Origin: Saezia sanguinis
GTDB taxonomy: Bacteria > Pseudomonadota > Gammaproteobacteria > Burkholderiales > Burkholderiaceae_C
Reading direction: 5' to 3'
Length of the DNA stretch: 64,000 nucleotides
Assembly (NCBI RefSeq): GCF_003991585.1
Contig: NZ_PQSP01000002.1
Coordinates: forward strand, 388,420 to 452,419
In this document: piece by piece, positions 58,865-64,000 of the stretch
Position numbering within the stretch: position 1 is the first letter of the stretch
How the letters are laid out: each line of letters opens with the position of its first letter
Made by a program: the position numbers and the translations under genes
The notes under the pieces: generated by a model
Database searches by the model: none
The model's input: the letters and a program-made list of their open reading frames with translations, nothing else
What the model was told of the DNA's origin: nothing

Positions 58865-59893
58865 ATGAGGTATCGCCCTCAAAGGTTGACCGTGCAGTGG
58901 CACATCACGGACCGCTGCAATCTGCGTTGTCACCATTGCTATCAGGACAGTTATACGCATGCAGGGCAAGATCTAAAAACACTGCAAGCCATTGCAACAC
59001 AGGTGTTTGCGTTGCATGAGGAATGGGAAGAAAGTGGAGCCAGAATTCCTCTGAGTTTTACCATTACAGGCGGTGAACCCTGTGTGCATCCTGCATTCAG
59101 AGAGTTGTTGTGCTTTTTGTCTGCTTACCCAAGCAAACCTGCATTGGGCATTTTAAGTAACGGCAGTCTGATTGATACCGGGCTGGCGCAGTTTTTTTCA
59201 CGCCTTCCGGTGGCGTATGTCCAGCTCAGTGTGGATGGCAAGCCTGCCACGCATGATTTGATTCGCGGGCAGGGGCATTTTGAGCAAGTGATTCAAGCGA
59301 CTCAGATTTTGCGTCAGGCTGATGTTCGTGTTGTCTGGTCTTTTACGGCGCATCAGGGTAATTTTCATGAGTTTGCCGAAGTGGTGCGCTTGGCCAGAAA
59401 GCACAAAGTCAGTCGTATCTGGTCGGACCGGATGATTCCTTCTGGTGGTGACAATGGGCTCAAGGCCTTGAATGCTAAGCAGACTTCGCAGTATCTGATG
59501 CATATGCGGCAGGCATGGGGTGAAGCGTCCAGGCCAAGACACAACGTGACAGAGGTTGCCTTACACCGTGCGCTGCAGTTTCAGGCGCAGGGAAATGGTC
59601 CTTACCACTGCAAGGCAGGCGAGGAACTGGTGACGATTATGCCCGATGGAACGTTGTATCCGTGCCGGCGGCTTCCGGTCAGCGTAGGCAATGTATTGCA
59701 TACACCGCTGAAAACGCTTTATGACATGCCTTTGATGCAGGACCTGAGGGATTTTGAAGGGCCGCAGTCATGTAACCCCTGTGTCTATAAAAGCCTGTGT
59801 AAGGGAGGGCTCAGGTGCCTGGCCCATGCCGTCAATGGCGATATGTTCAGTGCCGATCCGGGTTGCCAGGCGCTGCAAAGGCTACTTCACTGA
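58865..59893 (+). CDS. radical SAM protein with C-terminal SPASM-type Cys cluster (peptide/protein-modifying maturase-like)
   Basis: CNLRCHHCY is the CxxxCxxC radical-SAM motif. The C-terminus has CRRLP...CNPCVYKSLCKGGLRC...C. Start taken at MRYRPQRL; the ORF-track start at 58730 overlaps the upstream gene. Confidence 0.8.
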   Translation: MRYRPQRLTVQWHITDRCNLRCHHCYQDSYTHAGQDLKTLQAIATQVFALHEEWEESGARIPLSFTITGGEPCVHPAFRELLCFLSAYPSKPALGILSNGSLIDTGLAQFFSRLPVAYVQLSVDGKPATHDLIRGQGHFEQVIQATQILRQADVRVVWSFTAHQGNFHEFAEVVRLARKHKVSRIWSDRMIPSGGDNGLKALNAKQTSQYLMHMRQAWGEASRPRHNVTEVALHRALQFQAQGNGPYHCKAGEELVTIMPDGTLYPCRRLPVSVGNVLHTPLKTLYDMPLMQDLRDFEGPQSCNPCVYKSLCKGGLRCLAHAVNGDMFSADPGCQALQRLLH

Positions 59894-60754
59894 AAACGGG
59901 TCTACAGATTGCGAGCACATCACCTGAGAAATGGTGACCGGTGTGCGCGTGTCTGTGCCTGTTACTGCAGGGGCGGTACCAGCCGAGTCAATTCGGGCGG
60001 CGCTTAACTGACCCCCCCACAGGCAGCCGGTATCGAGTGCCAGCAGGTTGGGGCGGTTGATCAGCCCCAGTACAGACCAGTGTCCGAACGCGATGGGGGT
60101 GTTTTCGGTTTTTCTCCCCGGCACTTCAAACCAGGGCATCAGGTCGGGTTCGGGCGATGTGGCCTGGCCTTTGATGGTAAAGTTAAGTGTGCCATCGGCT
60201 TTGCAAAAGCGGATGCGGGTCAATGCATTGACAATAAAGCGCAGGCGGTCCATGCCGGTGAGTGTGTCTGACCAGCGCTCGGGCTCATTGCCGAACAACT
60301 CCTGCATAAACGCTTTGATATCTGAAGAGCGGAGAACAGCCTCCACTTCGTGTGCATAGGCAAGTGTTTGCGGCAGATCCCATTGGGGCACAACGCCGGC
60401 GTGTACCATCAGCCAGCCGTGCTGATACAAAGCCATGTGCTGATGGCGCAGCCAGTCGATGTAGTACCACAGATAAGGGGATTTCAGAAGAGGTGTCAAT
60501 GTGTCATGACGCCTGACTTTGCGCACACCGTAGGCAACCCCCATCAGATGCGTATCGTGATTGCCGATCAGTGAGGTGACTGCATTGCCAAGCTGTACAA
60601 CCGCCTCAAGCGTTTCGAGCGACTGCGGGCCACGGTTGACAATATCCCCCAGCAAAATCAGGTGATCGCGCGAGGGGCTGAAGTCGATCAGCTTTAAAAG
60701 CTGCTGGAAAGGCTGATAACATCCTTGCAGATCACCAATCAAATAAAGGGCCAT
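59882..60754 (-). CDS. apaH: bis(5'-nucleosyl)-tetraphosphatase (symmetrical)
   Basis: MALYLIGDLQGCYQPFQQLL...LILLGDIVNRGPQSLETL (GDxHG/GDxxDRG metallophosphatase motifs) aligns with E. coli ApaH. Confidence 0.9.
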   Translation of the reverse strand: MALYLIGDLQGCYQPFQQLLKLIDFSPSRDHLILLGDIVNRGPQSLETLEAVVQLGNAVTSLIGNHDTHLMGVAYGVRKVRRHDTLTPLLKSPYLWYYIDWLRHQHMALYQHGWLMVHAGVVPQWDLPQTLAYAHEVEAVLRSSDIKAFMQELFGNEPERWSDTLTGMDRLRFIVNALTRIRFCKADGTLNFTIKGQATSPEPDLMPWFEVPGRKTENTPIAFGHWSVLGLINRPNLLALDTGCLWGGQLSAARIDSAGTAPAVTGTDTRTPVTISQVMCSQSVDPFSVK

Positions 60755-60941
60755 GTTTGTGAGACGGAAAGTAAGGCAAAATGGGGTTCGAACGGTCCGC
60801 TTGCGCAGACGCCGAATGGTTGGAGTATAAGAGATGGGATGTTTTCATTTCAGATGTGCATGCTAAATTCATGTTTGGTGCATAGTTGTTCCATGCAGGT
60901 TTAGAAAATAAAGAAAAATGTGAGAGTTGCTGTAAAAAAGG

Positions 60942-61790
60942 TTGATTAACGCTATGACAATGGAGTTTTCTGCTTCACCTGCTCAGTCTGAAGAATTTGC
61001 GCAATGGTTATACGGCTTGCAGCGCAGTTGCCAGCAGCCGCCATTAAAGCCACGTATGCCGCTTTATATCGGGGGGGCGCACGTGGGCTCTGTGGAGGAA
61101 GGCGTTGCCCAGCGCTTGTTGCAGCAGCATTTTTTCCGGCAAGAGGCCGGGCAGCTTGTTTTGGCACCGGATTCAGCAACCATGGTTTTGCAGGATGTAG
61201 CATTGTGGCTGCGTGAAAACGGGCTGGCGGCCAAATGGCGTAACGAACAACTGGCCGTGCTGGATGGCAGTGGTCAAACCCATGCAACAGTTGAGCGTGC
61301 CGTGATCCGTACGCTGGGGATGACAAGCGTGGCAGTACATCTGTTTGGCTGGCTGGCGGATGGCCGCATCTGGCTGCAACGCCGGGCGCTGGATAAGGCG
61401 ACCGACCCGGGCAAGCTGGATACGCTGGCCGGCGGGCTGGTTGCTGCGCATGAGCCTTTGGATGTGGCGCTGGAGCGCGAAACCTGGGAAGAGGCCGGGG
61501 TACGCTGGCCGCAGGTGAAGAATGTCCACAAAGGGGAAATGTTTGTGGTGCAGTGCCCGATTGATGAACGTATTGGCGGGTATATGATTGAACAATGCCA
61601 TTGGTATACCGCGCAACTGGCTGATGATGTGTTGCCGGTGAACCAGGATGGCGAGGTGGCGGAATTTGCCTTGTTGTCACCAGAGGATATGGTGCAGGCC
61701 ATGCTGGCAGGGGATTGTGCCGCAGAGGCGGCATTGATTTTTGCACGTGTGATGGGTATGGAAACAAACCGGAGCCATGGTAAAGGCTAA
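60942..61790 (+). CDS. NUDIX hydrolase with N-terminal DUF4743-like domain
   Basis: GGLVAAHEPLDVALERETWEEAGV is the Nudix box (Gx5Ex7REUxEExGU). Confidence 0.75.
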   Translation: MINAMTMEFSASPAQSEEFAQWLYGLQRSCQQPPLKPRMPLYIGGAHVGSVEEGVAQRLLQQHFFRQEAGQLVLAPDSATMVLQDVALWLRENGLAAKWRNEQLAVLDGSGQTHATVERAVIRTLGMTSVAVHLFGWLADGRIWLQRRALDKATDPGKLDTLAGGLVAAHEPLDVALERETWEEAGVRWPQVKNVHKGEMFVVQCPIDERIGGYMIEQCHWYTAQLADDVLPVNQDGEVAEFALLSPEDMVQAMLAGDCAAEAALIFARVMGMETNRSHGKG

Positions 61791-61820
61791 GCCTGCTTTT
61801 AAATTCTCTGGTAGCAAAAG

Positions 61821-62339
61821 CTAGGCGGCAGAGGGGTCGTTGTGTTCTGCTTGTGTTTTTGTATCGCTCTGGGTTTGTTCCGTTTGGGCAATCTGTCCGA
61901 TATAGCGGGCAAAGTCGGGGTCTTCGCCTTCCAGAAGGCGTGGCAATGCAGCGCTGAAATCACTCCGACGGCACCACTGGCGGATAAAGTCTTCCCACGA
62001 GTACCAGAGCTGCCGGCGTCGTTGTGACATGCGTTTTCTGCACAGCAGCAGATAGGCCCGCTCAAAGATAGAGATCAGTATCTCAAACAGGGCATTGCGG
62101 CGCATGAGCTGCTCATCATTGAGTTCTGGATGAACCTTTTCAGACAGCAGGTAGAGATCCGAGTTGCCGATTACCTGTTTAAGAAAATCGGTATAGGCGT
62201 TGGAAAGCGTGTCGTGAATTTCGAATTCTTCGTTTTCCCTGGCGCGTATGAAGTTCCAGGCGAACACGCCTACAGCAAACAGCAGGCTGAGAACTTTGGC
62301 TGTTTCGCCAACAATGGTGATAAGGGCTGTTTCAGTCAT
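61821..62339 (-). CDS. hypothetical protein with one N-terminal TM helix (173 aa)
   Basis: MTETALITIVGETAKVLSLLFAVGVFAWNF... The ORF-track N-terminal extension to 62849 is not supported. Confidence 0.4.
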   Translation of the reverse strand: MTETALITIVGETAKVLSLLFAVGVFAWNFIRARENEEFEIHDTLSNAYTDFLKQVIGNSDLYLLSEKVHPELNDEQLMRRNALFEILISIFERAYLLLCRKRMSQRRRQLWYSWEDFIRQWCRRSDFSAALPRLLEGEDPDFARYIGQIAQTEQTQSDTKTQAEHNDPSAA

Positions 62340-62693
62340 AAAGGGCCGGTTGTGGCAAGATGTGCCTGTAGCGGGGCTTGTCCCCGCAACTGACCGTAGT
62401 ATAGCGATTCCGAAAAGGAATGGTTCAGGTGTACGGTTCAATACGCTTTTTAGGATGTACCAACAAGAGGGTTTGTGGAAAACCAAGGTTTTACTGCGGA
62501 GACCGCCCGGGTTACTGCTAAAAGGAGCCGAGTTCATTAGAATATCCCCTGGTTCTGATGAGGATGGCATGTTTGCCGGTCTGTGCAGAACCGATGACCG
62601 GCGCAGAAACCTGGACCCAAGTAATGTGTCAGCCATGCGCTTTGATAAAGCGTACTGCATGCCGGTGTTTGGTATTTCTATAGAATAAATTTC

Positions 62694-64000
62694 ATGTCCT
62701 CCATACCTGCTGAAGTCAAGCGTCGGCGTACGTTTGCCATTATTTCTCACCCCGATGCGGGGAAAACAACGCTCACAGAAAAGCTGCTGCTGTTTTCTGG
62801 CGCGATCCAGATTGCCGGTTCGGTCAAGGCGCGCAAGGCCAGCCGCCATGCCACTTCGGACTGGATGGAAATTGAAAAGCAGCGTGGTATTTCGGTGGCA
62901 TCATCTGTGATGCAGATGGAGTACCGCGATTGCGTGATCAATCTGCTGGATACTCCGGGGCACCAGGACTTTTCCGAAGATACGTACCGTGTGCTGACGG
63001 CAGTGGACGCTGCGTTGATGGTGATTGACGCGGCCAATGGCGTTGAGCCACAAACCCGCCGCTTGCTGCAGGTATGCCGGGCACGTAACACGCCGATCCT
63101 GACGTTTGTGAACAAGATGGACCGTGAGGTGCAGGAGCCTTTGGATGTGCTTGATGAAATCGAGCGTGAGCTGGGCATGACGGTAACACCGTTCACATGG
63201 CCGGTGGGCATGGGCAAGCGTTTCCATGGCGTGATGGATTTACGCGAGCAGCAGATGCGTGTATTCACACCGGGTGAAGACCGGCATCATGATGACGACG
63301 AGATCATCAGCGGGCTGGATAATCCGGCGCTGGCACAGCGCTTTGGCGCGGAATATGAGCAGGCTGCGCAGGAAATTGAATTGTTGCAAGAGGCTGCTGT
63401 TCCGTTTGATGAAGCTGAATTTCTGGCGGGTAAACAGACGCCGATGTTTTTTGGCTCGGCCATCAATAATTTTGGTGTGCGTGAAGTGCTGGATGCACTG
63501 GTTGACCTGGCACCGCCGCCGGAGGCCAGGCCGGCCATTCAGCGTGTGGTGGATCCGCAGGAGAACAAGTTCACCGGGGTGGTGTTTAAAATCCAGGCAA
63601 ACATGGACCCGGCGCATCGTGACCGGATTGCATTTGTGCGGGTGGCCTCAGGGCACTTTACCCGTGGCATGCGGTTAAAGGTGGTGCGCTCGGGCAAGGA
63701 GTTGCGTCCCAACACGGTGGTGTCTTTTCTGAGCCAGCGCCGAGAATTGCTGGATGAGGCGTATGCCGGCGATATCATTGGTATTCCCAACCATGGGGTG
63801 TTGCAATTGGGCGATACACTGACCGAAGGTGAGCAACTGCAATTTACCGGCCTGCCGTTTTTTGCGCCGGAAATGTTCCGTACCGTGGAGGTGGCCGACC
63901 CTCTCAAGACCAAGCAGTTGCGGGCCGGGCTGACCCAGCTAGGTGAAGAGGGTGCCATTCAGGTTTTCCGTCCGGTAGCCGGCAGTTTGCTGTTGTTAGG
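62694..64000 (+). CDS. prfC: peptide chain release factor 3 (GTPase), 3' end beyond the window
   Basis: [25 protein letters not shown] (G1), DTPGHQDF (G3) and NKMD (G4). It aligns with E. coli PrfC and has no stop before the window end. Confidence 0.9.
   Translation, partial: MSSIPAEVKRRRTFAIISHPDAGKTTLTEKLLLFSGAIQIAGSVKARKASRHATSDWMEIEKQRGISVASSVMQMEYRDCVINLLDTPGHQDFSEDTYRVLTAVDAALMVIDAANGVEPQTRRLLQVCRARNTPILTFVNKMDREVQEPLDVLDEIERELGMTVTPFTWPVGMGKRFHGVMDLREQQMRVFTPGEDRHHDDDEIISGLDNPALAQRFGAEYEQAAQEIELLQEAAVPFDEAEFLAGKQTPMFFGSAINNFGVREVLDALVDLAPPPEARPAIQRVVDPQENKFTGVVFKIQANMDPAHRDRIAFVRVASGHFTRGMRLKVVRSGKELRPNTVVSFLSQRRELLDEAYAGDIIGIPNHGVLQLGDTLTEGEQLQFTGLPFFAPEMFRTVEVADPLKTKQLRAGLTQLGEEGAIQVFRPVAGSLLLL

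Noticed and set aside
62340-62849. N-terminal 170 codons of the 342-aa minus-strand ORF
   Set aside because: They have no coding character and no homology. A plausible start (MTETALITIV) with a TM helix begins at 62339.

Overview
This 64-kb window is chromosomal DNA from a moderately GC-rich Gram-negative bacterium. The gene content looks beta- or gamma-proteobacterial: cyoABCDE, mgtCA, dsbD, lldD, trpS, lysS, apaH and prfC sit in conserved backbone.

The left third is accessory DNA. A complete two-partner-secretion CdiA/filamentous-haemagglutinin exoprotein (2689 aa) ends in a visibly AT-rich swapped C-terminal toxin domain, followed by a small AT-rich CdiI-like immunity gene. No cdiB/tpsB is present in the window. 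Directly downstream is a decayed, compositionally mosaic defence island. It holds an AT-rich SIR2-STAND NTPase (Avs5-like architecture), a GC-rich DUF262/DUF1524 (GmrSD-like) nuclease, a 3' remnant of a helicase-Vsr/DUF3320 (HheA-like) gene, and a 5'-truncated tyrosine integrase.

After a short core stretch comes a GH3 NagZ-like hydrolase, an HD hydrolase, an Ada-AlkA fusion plus ogt, and a tRNA-Gly(CCC). The most unusual feature follows: one long minus-strand gene array of about 13.7 kb. It encodes a DUF2170/YjfI-like protein, a PspA/IM30 protein, a YqiJ/NfeD-like membrane protein, a flotillin (SPFH), a 1796-aa protein with a C-terminal MoxR/AAA_5-type ATPase module and a large coiled-coil N-terminus, a rhomboid protease that overlaps the giant gene, and an 1117-aa SF1 helicase with a C-terminal Vsr/DUF559-like endonuclease. 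I do not recognise this combination as a described system. It is the best candidate here for a novel membrane-stress or phage-defence module.

The right third is core: cyo operon, mgtCA, yciV-yciO, an M50 protease, trpS with a C-terminal DUF1508-like extension, yihY, lldD, dsbD, lysS, a DEAD-box helicase, apaH, a NUDIX hydrolase and prfC. It also contains a small RiPP-like pair: a membrane protein with a Gly/Cys-rich tail (GGCGGGVGCSGGGSGCGSGCGGGCGGCG) next to a radical-SAM/SPASM enzyme. No CRISPR array or intact IS element was found.
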